NCBI GenBank assembly: GCA_963716835.1 | Contig: CAVQUQ010000013.1 | Span: 129,490-193,489 of the forward strand | Direction: 5' to 3' | Source: an uncultured Alphaproteobacteria bacterium | GTDB lineage: Bacteria > Pseudomonadota > Alphaproteobacteria > Rhizobiales > Hyphomicrobiaceae | DNA: 64,000 bases | In this document: positions 29,673 through 39,118 of the stretch, in pieces | Layout: every line of letters starts with the position of its first letter | Numbering within the stretch: position 1 is the first letter of the stretch | Position numbers and translations under genes: made by a program | Notes under the pieces: generated by a model | The model's database searches: none | Told to the model about the DNA's origin: nothing | Seen by the model: the letters and a program-made list of their open reading frames with translations, nothing else

Positions 29673-30350
29673 GTGTCGATCGGATATCGTCTCTTCGCAA
29701 TTCCGCTCGCGGCTGCATTGGTAACGATCTGCAGTCCTGTCCTTGGCGCGGAGCGCGACTGTACGGGCGAGGCCACGCGCATGGGCTCGATCCAGACCAA
29801 CATGCTCTATTGCTTGAACAAGAGCCTTCCCGGCTCCGAGTTGATTCGGAAAGGCCGCGACGAGCCTCAGGGCAGCCCGCTCGTCAAGGAGGGCTACATG
29901 AAATGCCAGGCTGGCCTGCCCGGATACGACCATGCCGAGATCTGCGACGCCGGCTCGTTCTGGGCTGCCGCACAGATTGTGCTCCCTGATAGAGCGTCGG
30001 CAACAATCGACGTCCATGCGGGCAACAGGTACTGGCAAGGGCCGCTCAGCATACCGCCGGGGTCAAACCAGATTTCGGTTTCGGGGACATGGACCTCGGA
30101 CCCGAACCGCCCCGCGCATGGCCCATGCGGAAACGGCACCAAGGCAGAAGGGAAGAGGTACCCCAAGGAGGATGGCGGCGCTCAAGTGGGCGCACTGCTC
30201 TGGCAGCGCGGCCAGAAGGTGGAGGCATGGTGCGGAGCCGCAAACGCCCCTCTATTGATCGACGGTCCCGCAAGTCTGTTATTCAAGATGAATGACGCCG
30301 ACTACGGCGACAACGCGGGTCATCTCACGGTAACGTCAACGCCGAAGTGA
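29673..30350 (+). CDS. Secreted Cys-rich protein with a C-terminal LecA/PA-IL-like domain
   Basis: Signal peptide; WQ...ISVSGTW, VGALL and LLFKMNDADYGDNAGHLTV resemble the PA-IL Ca/galactose loop. Confidence 0.55.
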   Translation: MSIGYRLFAIPLAAALVTICSPVLGAERDCTGEATRMGSIQTNMLYCLNKSLPGSELIRKGRDEPQGSPLVKEGYMKCQAGLPGYDHAEICDAGSFWAAAQIVLPDRASATIDVHAGNRYWQGPLSIPPGSNQISVSGTWTSDPNRPAHGPCGNGTKAEGKRYPKEDGGAQVGALLWQRGQKVEAWCGAANAPLLIDGPASLLFKMNDADYGDNAGHLTVTSTPK

Positions 30351-30378
30351 ACGGCACTCGGATGCACAGAGGTGCAAG

Positions 30379-32055
30379 ATGCCGCCTGTCGACCGCTTCG
30401 CGCCCGGCCTCGCCGAGCTCGCTCGCTATAATCCCGCCGACGCACCTGCTGACCTCAGAGCGGGACTCGCGGTCGCGGCGGTCGCTGTCCCAGTCGGCAT
30501 CGCCTACGCACAGCTTGCGGGGTTCGCGCCGGAGATCGGCCTCTACTCGACCATCTTGCCGCTCGTCGCCTACGCGATCTTCGGCAGCTCGCGCCAATTG
30601 ATCATCGGTCCCGACGCGGCGACGTGTGCCGTGGTCGCGGCGGCCGTCGCGCCGCTCGCCGCCGGCGATGCGTCGGCCTACGCCTCGCTCTCGGCAGTGC
30701 TCTCGTTGCTCACTGGCCTCATCTGCATCGGGGCGAGCTTCCTTCGCTTGGGCGTGCTCGCGGATTTCCTGTCGAAGCCGATCCTCGTCGGCTTCCTCAA
30801 CGGCGTGGCGCTCTCGATCATTCTCGGGCAAGCCGACAAGATCTTCGGCTTTGCCGTGCACGAGAGCGGGATCCTGCCGCGGCTGGCGGAAATCATCGGC
30901 AAGCTCGGAGAGACGCACTGGCTGACATTCGCCGTCGCCGCGGGGACCTTCGCCGTCATGGCGATTGTGCCCCGACTCGTGGCCTGGCTTCCCGCGGCGC
31001 TCGTCGGCATGGCGCTCGCAGGCATTGCCGTGCCGCTCTTCGGCCTCGCAGACTTCGGTATAAAGACGGTGGGCCCCGTCCCAGGCGGCTTGCCGATGCC
31101 GACCATCCCGCGCATCGATCTCGCCACCGTGCCGTCGCTCTTCGCCGAGGCCGCCGGACTGGCCCTCGTCAGCTTCTCCAGCATGATGCTGACGGCGCGG
31201 GGCTTCGCCTCCAAGAACGGCTACGACGTCGATGCCGATCAGGACTTCGCGGCGCTCGGCGCCGGAAACGTGGCATCGGCCCTATCGCAGGGCTTTGCCG
31301 TCAGCGGCGCGAGCTCGCGCACGGCTGTCAGCGATGCGACGGGTGGAAAGACGCGCGCCGTCGGGCTCGTGGCGGCGGCCGCGGTCCTCCTCGTGCTCCT
31401 GTTCCTCACGGGTCCGCTGCAGTATGTGCCGCTGGCCGCTCTCGGCGCGGTGCTCGTCATGGCGGGGCTGTCGCTGATCGACATCGAGAGCCTCCGCCTC
31501 ATCTATCGCATCGATCCGACGGAAGCCCTGCTCTCGGTGCTGGCCACGCTCGGCGTCGTCGCTGTCGGCCCCGTCAACGCAATTCTGTTCGCGGTGGTCC
31601 TGGCGCTGTTGCGGTTCATCAAATTGATGTCGCGGCCGCGCGTCGAGATACTGGGCAAGGTGGAGGGATTTCCCGGGCTCCACTCGCTCGAGCGCCACGA
31701 GGAGGGGCAAGCGGTTCCTGGGCTGCTTCTCTTTCGCTTCAACGCTCCGATCACATTCTTCAATGTTCCTTACTTCAAGCGCGAGCTCACGCGCGCCGTC
31801 GATGAGGCGGGCCCGGGCCTGCGTCATGTCGTGATCGATATGCTTCCTGTGACCAGCATCGATACGACCGGGCTCATGACGATCGTCGAGTTGGTCACCG
31901 CCTTCGAGGCGCGCGGAATAGGCTTCAACACCGCGGGCCGCGCGACCGAATGGCGCCATTGGACCGAGAGCCGCGGCTTCGAGGGCCGTCGCATTCGCCT
32001 TTTTCCCACGTTGCGCCAAGCGGTCCGCGAGCTTTCGGAAAAGGGATCGACATGA
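30379..32055 (+). CDS. SulP/SLC26 anion transporter with STAS domain
   Basis: VPVGIAYAQLAG...GLYS...FGSSRQLIIGP; C-terminal FRFNAPITFFN and SIDTTG. Confidence 0.93.
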   Translation: MPPVDRFAPGLAELARYNPADAPADLRAGLAVAAVAVPVGIAYAQLAGFAPEIGLYSTILPLVAYAIFGSSRQLIIGPDAATCAVVAAAVAPLAAGDASAYASLSAVLSLLTGLICIGASFLRLGVLADFLSKPILVGFLNGVALSIILGQADKIFGFAVHESGILPRLAEIIGKLGETHWLTFAVAAGTFAVMAIVPRLVAWLPAALVGMALAGIAVPLFGLADFGIKTVGPVPGGLPMPTIPRIDLATVPSLFAEAAGLALVSFSSMMLTARGFASKNGYDVDADQDFAALGAGNVASALSQGFAVSGASSRTAVSDATGGKTRAVGLVAAAAVLLVLLFLTGPLQYVPLAALGAVLVMAGLSLIDIESLRLIYRIDPTEALLSVLATLGVVAVGPVNAILFAVVLALLRFIKLMSRPRVEILGKVEGFPGLHSLERHEEGQAVPGLLLFRFNAPITFFNVPYFKRELTRAVDEAGPGLRHVVIDMLPVTSIDTTGLMTIVELVTAFEARGIGFNTAGRATEWRHWTESRGFEGRRIRLFPTLRQAVRELSEKGST

Positions 32056-32723
32056 AAATCGAGCCGCGAGACACCGCAGCGACGCCGTCGGAATTTGTCT
32101 TGGACCCGCTCGAGCGCTCATCCGAGATCATGTTCGGCCTGTTCATGGCGCTGACCTTCACTTGCACCGTAAGCGTGATGGCGAGCACGAACGACGTGAA
32201 GACGATGCTTGTCGCGGCGCTGAGCTGCAACATCGCCTGGGGTCTTGTCGACGGCGCAATGTATGTGCTCGCCGAGATCGTGACGCGCCAGAGGAAGCGC
32301 AGCCTCGCCGAAGCGATCGGGCACGCCTCCCCTGACGAGGCGAGGCGGATGCTGCTCGAAAATCTTCCTGATGGTGCGGAGCGCGTCTTCGATGCTCAGC
32401 ATCTCGACCGTCTGGCCGATGGCATCCGCACGATGCCGCTTGCTCCCGAAAACATGACGCCGAACCGGGACGATCTGCGCGGCGCGGCTGCGATTTTCCT
32501 TCTTGTCTTCCTGTCGACGTTTCCTGTCGCGCTCCCCTTCTTGCTCATCGGCGATGTGTCGGTTGCGCTGCGTACGTCGAATGCCATCGCCATCATTTCG
32601 CTATTTCTCGTCGGGACCGGTCTTGGCCGCTACATGGGCTGGCAGCGTCCGTGGGCGATAGGGCTCGCCGTAGCGGTGCTTGGTGCAATCCTGGTCGCGA
32701 TTACGATTGCACTCGGCGGCTGA
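32052..32723 (+). CDS. VIT1/CCC1-like membrane protein
   Basis: LDPLERSSEIMFGLFMALTF, CNIAWGLVDG and ITIALGG; ATGA overlap with sulP. Confidence 0.75.
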   Translation: MKIEPRDTAATPSEFVLDPLERSSEIMFGLFMALTFTCTVSVMASTNDVKTMLVAALSCNIAWGLVDGAMYVLAEIVTRQRKRSLAEAIGHASPDEARRMLLENLPDGAERVFDAQHLDRLADGIRTMPLAPENMTPNRDDLRGAAAIFLLVFLSTFPVALPFLLIGDVSVALRTSNAIAIISLFLVGTGLGRYMGWQRPWAIGLAVAVLGAILVAITIALGG

Positions 32724-32979
32724 CTGTTCGACCGAGCCGGTCTCGCTCAATGACAAACGCTGGTTTTGCGGAGGCTCTCGTTGTCGCTGAAGCGGAGCAT
32801 CGAGCTCACCGATCTCGCGTCAACGGCGCGCAAGCTCGCGAGCAGGGTTGGATCGAAGAGATCTGCTCTTAGTGTGCAAATCGTCGTGAGAAATCATGGG
32901 CTGCGACGATGCACGCGGTTGTCACAATACATACATGTCCGCCCACTAAGGGAGCGACGGGATAGTAAATTAGCGTGGG

Positions 32980-33969
32980 GTGGGTGGGGTGCGCTGCGCG
33001 GCAATAGCCGATGCCAAGTATGCGCATTCGGCCGCGGGCCTCCTTCGCAGTCGTCGCCTCGGAGTGTTAGCGCACCTGCTGCTGGTGTTGGGGGCCTGCA
33101 CGCAGGGGGAAGCCGCTTTGCTCGCGGGCGAGCCTGGCGCGAAGCCCATCTCCCTTCGTCAACATGCCGCTCTTGAGGCAGCTCGGCGGCCATCGGATCT
33201 TCACGGCGCGGGTGTTGCGGCCCAGATTGCGGCGGCCGGTTGCGGCGAGCCTGAAGTCACCCTTGCTCCAGAGCTTGGAGGGCGCTCGCGGATCGTGGTG
33301 ACATCGCAATGTCGGGCGGGGCAGCTTGTCAGCTTCGCCTACTCCGGCGCGACATTCATGAGCCAACTCAACGAGCAGGGCCGGTCGGAGTTCGTACTCG
33401 ATTGCTTCGCAGGGAGCGCGGCGCCGATCACGATCGCGTTCGAGGACAGTACGAGCGTCATTCGTCAGCCTGTCACCGACGATATGACGACCCTGTCAAA
33501 GGTGGCGATCGTGTGGACCAGCAGTGTCGACCTCGATTTGCATGCGTTTGAGTACGCAGCGCCGCGCAATGGTGAGGGCCACGTCTGGTCCGGCGGGCCA
33601 TCGTCGCTTGCCGAGGCAATGGCAAGTGCCCGGCGCGACGGTCGCGGACGAGGCTTCCTCAGCACTGCAAGCGCCGGCCACGAGATCGGCATGAACGTGG
33701 AAGTGTACACGTTTATTCATCTGCCGCGGGAACGCGCTGGGGGCGTGAAACTGGCTGTCGACTTTGCGAGCCGCGGCGATCGTGCCGATGGCGAATACTG
33801 CGGAAATGGCAGGTTCGCCGAGCTTCCCTTCAAGGCCTTCATCCTCGAGCGGGATCGCATGCCGCGGCAGCTTGATCTGGCTTTCGCGAGCGTGCCGTGC
33901 GGCACGGAGCTCAGCGAAGCGGCGAGGTTCAATTCCAGACTGATCCCAGAGCTTCTTATACGGGGGTAG
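32980..33969 (+). CDS. Exported hypothetical protein, possible lipoprotein (start uncertain)
   Basis: LLVLGAC lipobox-like, paired Cys, VAIVW...DLDLHAFEYAA...GHVW; coupled to the PstS-OmpA gene. Confidence 0.65.
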   Translation: MGGVRCAAIADAKYAHSAAGLLRSRRLGVLAHLLLVLGACTQGEAALLAGEPGAKPISLRQHAALEAARRPSDLHGAGVAAQIAAAGCGEPEVTLAPELGGRSRIVVTSQCRAGQLVSFAYSGATFMSQLNEQGRSEFVLDCFAGSAAPITIAFEDSTSVIRQPVTDDMTTLSKVAIVWTSSVDLDLHAFEYAAPRNGEGHVWSGGPSSLAEAMASARRDGRGRGFLSTASAGHEIGMNVEVYTFIHLPRERAGGVKLAVDFASRGDRADGEYCGNGRFAELPFKAFILERDRMPRQLDLAFASVPCGTELSEAARFNSRLIPELLIRG

Positions 33970-33973
33970 CGTT

Positions 33974-35454
33974 ATGTGTGCTTTCGGTCCGGTGCGACGG
34001 TCGTCCTGGGGAGTTGCGAGGGGGGCGCGATACTGGAGCGCCATTGTGATTGTCGGCGCGCTGCTTGGCGGGAGCGGATTCCCGCGCGCCGAGGCGGGTG
34101 GGCAATCGGGATCTTCCACCGCGCCGAGCCAATTCGCAATTCACGGCTCGAACACGATCGGTGCGCGTCTCATGCCGTCGCTCGTCGAGGCCTACGCTGC
34201 GTCCATCGGTGCCACCGCAGCAACGATGGCCGGCGGCCAGGCAGAGGAAGTCGAGATCAAACTGACAACGGGCGCTGGAGAGCCACTCGCAACGATAGGC
34301 ATTCAATCTCACGGCTCCGGCACGGCCGTGCCCGGCCTGATCAGCGGCAAGGCCCTAATCGGGATGTCTTCGCGCCCAATCGACGACAAGGAGGTGCTGG
34401 CACTCGCGCAGGCCGGCTTCCCGGACCTGCGCGCTCCTGGCAAGGAGCATGTGGTGGGGCTTGACGGACTGCTTGTGTTTGTTGCCCCGGAGAATCCCTT
34501 GAACGCTCTGACGTTGGATCAGATCGCAGGCAATTTTCTCCGGAGCCATTACCGATTGGGCGGCCGTGGGCAGGGCGCCCGGTCCGATCCACGTTTTTGC
34601 GCGCGACGACAAGTCGGGAACATTCGATACCTTCAATGCACTCGTACTTAAGCCGCGCAAGCTTGCGCTGCGAACGGACGCGAAAAGGTTCGAAGTCGAG
34701 TGAGGAGCTATCGGATTCGGTTGCGCGCGATCCGGACGGCATAGGCTTCGCCGGCTTCGCGTACCTGCGCAACACGAAGGCGCTCGCTATCGGCAATGAC
34801 TGCGGCCTGGCGAGTCTCCCGACTGCGTTCAACGTCAAAACGGAAGAGTATCCGCTGGCCCGCCGGCTGTTTCTCTATGCAAACGACCTCCCCAAGGGTT
34901 CGGTCGCGGACAACTTGCTGCAATTTGCGCTTTCGCCGGCGGCCCGAAACGCCATCGTTGCAGCGGGGTTCATCGATCAGGAGTTCGAGTTGCTCGATGA
35001 GCAGGGCCAGCTGGTTCGGCTCGCCCAGGGGCTTTCTGGTCTCGATCCCGACATCAGCCCGGCGGTCTTGAAGGACCTCGCGTCGACCCTCAAAGCGAGC
35101 TCGCGAGTTTCAACGACGCTTCAGTTCCGCATGAACTCGACTGTTCTCGACAGCAAGGCGCTCGCCGACGTCAATCGCATCGCGGGCTACCTCAAGAGCC
35201 TGGTCAAGAGCGATCCGAAAAGGACCGTTGTCTTGGCAGGGTTCTCCGATTCACTCGGAAGCTTTGCCAGCAATGCGGCGCTGTCCCAGGGCCGCGCGCA
35301 GCAGGTAAAGGACGCCGTCTTGCGTGCTGCCGGTCCCGGGATTCCGCAGACGATGATCACCGCACGCGGCTATAGCGAGCTCTTGCCCGCGGCATGCAAT
35401 ACGTCCGAGCAGGGCCGCAACAAGAACCGGCGCGTCGAGGTGTGGGTGAAATAG
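33974..35454 (+). CDS. PstS-like substrate-binding / OmpA peptidoglycan-binding fusion, frameshifted near 34530 and 34695
   Basis: IHGSNTIG, HGSG, GMSSR, RDDKSGT and YPLARRLFLY (PstS family); C-terminal GFSDSLG...NAALSQGRA...NRRVEV (OmpA). Confidence 0.85.
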
Positions 35455-35472
35455 CCGGCAGAGATTGCCGCC

Positions 35473-36558
35473 TCAGCCGCCGCCGTCAGCCGGCGCGTAT
35501 CTGCTCTTGCCGAGATCTTGAAGCCGCTGGCGGGCCTCCTCGGTACCGAGGGCAGCAGCACGCTCGTACCAGCGTCGCGCAAGGCCGGCGTTGGGGGTGA
35601 CGCCGGCAGCGTGAAGCTCAAGGGTGCGCATGGCATCATACGTGCTCCCCAGCAAAAGGGCCGCCTCGCCGTTGCCAAGCTCTGCCGCCCGTTCCAGGAG
35701 GAGGCGCGCCGCTCCGATATTCCCGCTGCTCAGCATGAGCTGCCCGCGCTGAAAGTATTGCGCTGCATCAGGCGCTGCCGCCGCCGCTGGGGGCGGGACC
35801 GGAGGCGGCGTGGCCGCAGCTACCGCCGGCTCGGACGCCTGGGCCGGAGCCGGGTCTTTTTCCTCCGGCTTCTCCGCCTTTTGCTGCGGCAGGGGTGCAT
35901 CGGCCTCCGCGTTGGAGGACAATGTTTGCGGAGGTTCCGGCGCCGGAGGCGACACAGGCTCGGCCAGCGCGCGCTCGACAGCTATTACCGGTGCGTTCGG
36001 GTGCGCGCCGTCATTCGCGGCCGGGTCCGTTGTGCTGGTTTGGACGGGAGCGGGCTCGACAGCAGCGGGCGCAGGCATCGGTGCCGGTGTGATTATTCCT
36101 GCCTGCGAAGCCGGCGAGCTCTCCACCCGTTCTTGGAGCGGTTCCGACGGGGAGACATTCTCGGCGCCCGCAATCTGAGGAGAGAGCCTGCCGCGAACGA
36201 GCATCACGGTGACGGCCGTCGAGAGAAGTGCGCTGACGGAAGCGACAGCAACGATTGTAGCTAGTCCTGTGCGCACGAAGGGGGACCTGCCGCGCGCCGT
36301 TCGCTCGCTCGCAGCCGAAGACGCGGCCGCCATCGAGCCACCCTCCGACGACGGAGCGATGCCTGATTGCGGGGCGCCGGCCGTCGCGGGCGAACTGCCG
36401 TCCGGGACACTTTCCGCGTCCGGCTTTCGCCTGGATATTGCTGCCGACACGGGGGCCGCATCAGGCGGCGGCAGCATCCTTTCGAGGCGCCGCAACAATT
36501 GCTTGAGCTCTTCGACATTGGGCTCATCCATCGGAGCCATCACCTGCGCCTGTTGCAT
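35473..36558 (-). CDS. Bitopic membrane protein with a Pro/Ala-rich linker and C-terminal Sel1-like repeat
   Basis: Single TM segment, then GNIGAARLLLERAAELGNGEAALLLGSTYD...ARRWYERAAALG. Confidence 0.75.
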   Translation of the reverse strand: MQQAQVMAPMDEPNVEELKQLLRRLERMLPPPDAAPVSAAISRRKPDAESVPDGSSPATAGAPQSGIAPSSEGGSMAAASSAASERTARGRSPFVRTGLATIVAVASVSALLSTAVTVMLVRGRLSPQIAGAENVSPSEPLQERVESSPASQAGIITPAPMPAPAAVEPAPVQTSTTDPAANDGAHPNAPVIAVERALAEPVSPPAPEPPQTLSSNAEADAPLPQQKAEKPEEKDPAPAQASEPAVAAATPPPVPPPAAAAAPDAAQYFQRGQLMLSSGNIGAARLLLERAAELGNGEAALLLGSTYDAMRTLELHAAGVTPNAGLARRWYERAAALGTEEARQRLQDLGKSRYAPADGGG

Positions 36559-36890
36559 TGGATTGTTTGGTGCCTCGCGACAGCGGTGCGTCGCGCTTCG
36601 ATTATGGGCGACTAGTGCATAACCTCGTGGCGCGTTTGCGACGAGCGAGCCGGCGCGAATTTCCGTCGCGTCTGCCTTGTTCGCATGACGGCGTTGCAAT
36701 GGATGCAGGTGCGTTTAACGCTCCGGTCTATTGCGCAGAGATGAAATGATTGGCACACCGACAATAGCGCGACGTCGCCCTCAATTTAATGTCCAAGGCC
36801 GGCGGGTGCGCTGCACAGGACCCCGATGGAAGTTCGTGGCCCTTGAACCACAACATTATTGCAATCGCGCCCCACGCCATTCATTCTAAA

Positions 36891-36908
36891 ATGACAAATT
36901 AATGACAA
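36891..36908 (-). promoter_or_regulatory. PHO-box-like direct repeat
   Basis: Minus strand TTGTCAT-TAAT-TTGTCAT (11-bp period; PhoB consensus CTGTCAT-N4-CTGTCAT). Confidence 0.5.
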
Positions 36909-36949
36909 TGTGAAATACTATCATTAAACAAATAAATAAGAACTCCGCC

Positions 36950-37405
36950 ATGCACCATTGCAGATTCAAGGAACAAGAGCGGGAGGAATTCGATCTTCTT
37001 GGCCCGCCGCATCCCGGCGAAATCTTTCGCGAAGATGTTTTTCCGCGTTTGAGGATTTCGCGAAAAGCCCTAGCCGAACAATTGAACGTCTCTTATTCGA
37101 CCGTCTCGAAGTTCTTGAATGAACGCCGTCGCGTGACGAGCGACCTGGCCGCCAGCATCGCCCGGCTATCGGGGACCACCGTGCTTTACTGGCTCGTGCT
37201 CCAAGCTCATCACGATGCGTGGTTGGTGGAGCGTACACGCAGGCCGGACGCCTCTCGCTCGAGACGTCCTCGAAGACGCCAGCTCGCGCCGCCGGTTTGG
37301 GTCGAGCGTGAAAAGGCCCCCGTCGTCCGCACACTCAGCCGACATCCGCGGCGCCTGGATGCTGTTTCGTCGCACTTGCTTGTGACTGCCCCTGTGGAGA
37401 AGTGA
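36950..37405 (+). CDS. higA: HigA-family antitoxin/XRE HTH protein (orphan)
   Basis: PPHPGEIFRED...ISRKALAEQLNVS...VT...YWLVLQAHHD; no higB ORF adjacent. Confidence 0.75.
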   Translation: MHHCRFKEQEREEFDLLGPPHPGEIFREDVFPRLRISRKALAEQLNVSYSTVSKFLNERRRVTSDLAASIARLSGTTVLYWLVLQAHHDAWLVERTRRPDASRSRRPRRRQLAPPVWVEREKAPVVRTLSRHPRRLDAVSSHLLVTAPVEK

Positions 37406-37477
37406 TAGCCTCTGGCTGTCACGGAACCGTCAAAGAAAATCACTTGCCGGCGCCTTGCCGGCGTCCGCTCGACAAGT

Positions 37478-38278
37478 CTATGTCCACAGCGCCCGGATGC
37501 CGAAGAACGCAGTGTCCTTGATGCGGCGGGCGACCGCCTGCCAGATCTTGGCCCGCGGATCCGTACAATAAGTCATGCTGACAACGAGGCGCCGCTCGCC
37601 GTCACGGATCGGCGTCACCTTGTGGCACACCTTGGCGCCCTCGAAGACGACCAAGGTGTTCGGGGGCGTCCTGACCGCGACGTCATTTGCGCCGAGCAAA
37701 GCGTGAAGCGTGGCATGAGACAAACCGTCGTCGGAAGCCCCTTCGTTGACGACGGGGAGAAGGACGGTGAAGTGACGGCCTCTATAGAAATTGTGGTCAT
37801 AGTGCCAGCCGATGTGATCGCCGGGCTTGTCGTAGAACAAGACCGCAAGGGAGCATTGATCGTTGAGCGGTGTCGGCCGAACGGTCGCGCCGACGAGGCG
37901 CGAGACGAGCTCTTGGAGAGCGTGCGAGTGATAGAGGGACACAATGCGCGGTGCCGCAGAGATCATAGTTTCGTAGGCGACTGTCCCGCCCTTCTTGTGT
38001 GTCGGCACGAAGCTGCGCTCGGGCTGCACGAGCCCCTCGGCTTCGGCCCTCAGCGCTCCTAGAGCGTTAGGCGGCAGAAAATCTGGAATAACGGCCAATC
38101 GCTCGGCGAAACTCGGCAAGCCACGGCTTAGCTGCCAGTTCTGCCCGACTGGAGCAAAGCCGTTGATCGACGAAATTCGTGCTGCAAGCTCTCGATAGAG
38201 CTCAGTGCGCCTCGATCTCGCATAAGCGACCCCGCCAGCGAGCACGCTGCCTGCACAGACCAATGTTTCTACAAGCAC
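37478..38278 (-). CDS. 2OG-Fe(II) oxygenase with N-terminal membrane anchor
   Basis: H-x-D (GWHYD), distal H (CHKVTP) and R-x5-Y 2OG-binding pattern. Confidence 0.8.
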   Translation of the reverse strand: MLVETLVCAGSVLAGGVAYARSRRTELYRELAARISSINGFAPVGQNWQLSRGLPSFAERLAVIPDFLPPNALGALRAEAEGLVQPERSFVPTHKKGGTVAYETMISAAPRIVSLYHSHALQELVSRLVGATVRPTPLNDQCSLAVLFYDKPGDHIGWHYDHNFYRGRHFTVLLPVVNEGASDDGLSHATLHALLGANDVAVRTPPNTLVVFEGAKVCHKVTPIRDGERRLVVSMTYCTDPRAKIWQAVARRIKDTAFFGIRALWT

Positions 38279-38573
38279 CAGCGAACCCCTTTTTCTGCAG
38301 CGACGAGCCGTTCCGTCGTCCTCCGCGCATATGTAAGGATGCTGTGCGACACTTTGGTTGCACGTCTTCGCCGCCCTTAATCGGCTCGTCGCACAACTGG
38401 CCCACGATCGGAGCGATGACACGCGACAACGCAATTCTGCGGGAGAGCGCCGTTGGCGCGCCCCTCACGCACACTCCGCGCCAAGAGCTATCGCGTGCAG
38501 GCTGCGCCAGGAACTGATGCTACGCATCACGAGTTGGCTCTCAAGTTGAGCAGTCATTGGAGGAAACAAGGCC

Positions 38574-38786
38574 ATGTTCGCAATCCTCGAGGGCCTTCTG
38601 GGCAATCTTTGGAGCGGGCGCGACGATGAGCGTCGCCATGAGACACGCGCCGAGGACAACGCGCGCCTGCTGGAGATGGATGAGCCGATGGCGGGGGCCG
38701 GCGGACAGCTCGCAGGCGAGCACATAAAGAGCGAGACGGAACAGGCTCTCGAGCGCGCCACGTCACGGGAGCCCAATGCGGGCTGA
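38574..38786 (+). CDS. Small hypothetical protein
   Basis: 70-aa ORF with a GGAGG RBS. Confidence 0.45.
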   Translation: MFAILEGLLGNLWSGRDDERRHETRAEDNARLLEMDEPMAGAGGQLAGEHIKSETEQALERATSREPNAG

Positions 38787-39118
38787 ATGAGCGAAGTCTC
38801 TACGGAAGTCGTGGCACGGAGAAGTTCTGCTTTGACGCAAGGCGAGCGCGAAACGCTAGTTTGCCAAGGCGGCCATCAGGGATGTCATGATCGGGGCGAT
38901 CGTCGAACAGTCCTTTCCGTCGGGCGCAATCATCTTTGATCATCGCATATCATCTCATAATGTATCGACGTGGCATGTGCATGCCGACCGCAAAATGCTA
39001 GTAGCGAAGGCTACCGCTATTGGTTGTCGTGCTGATCGCATAGGGCGTTACCCCGTGAGCCGGTAATGTTGTGGACGTCCATCCTCCGGCCTCGGCACGC
39101 TGAAGAAGTGTCATAGGC

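Noticed and set aside
37478-38278. BesD-type radical halogenase
   Set aside because: It retains the carboxylate ligand (H-Y-D), which indicates a hydroxylase.
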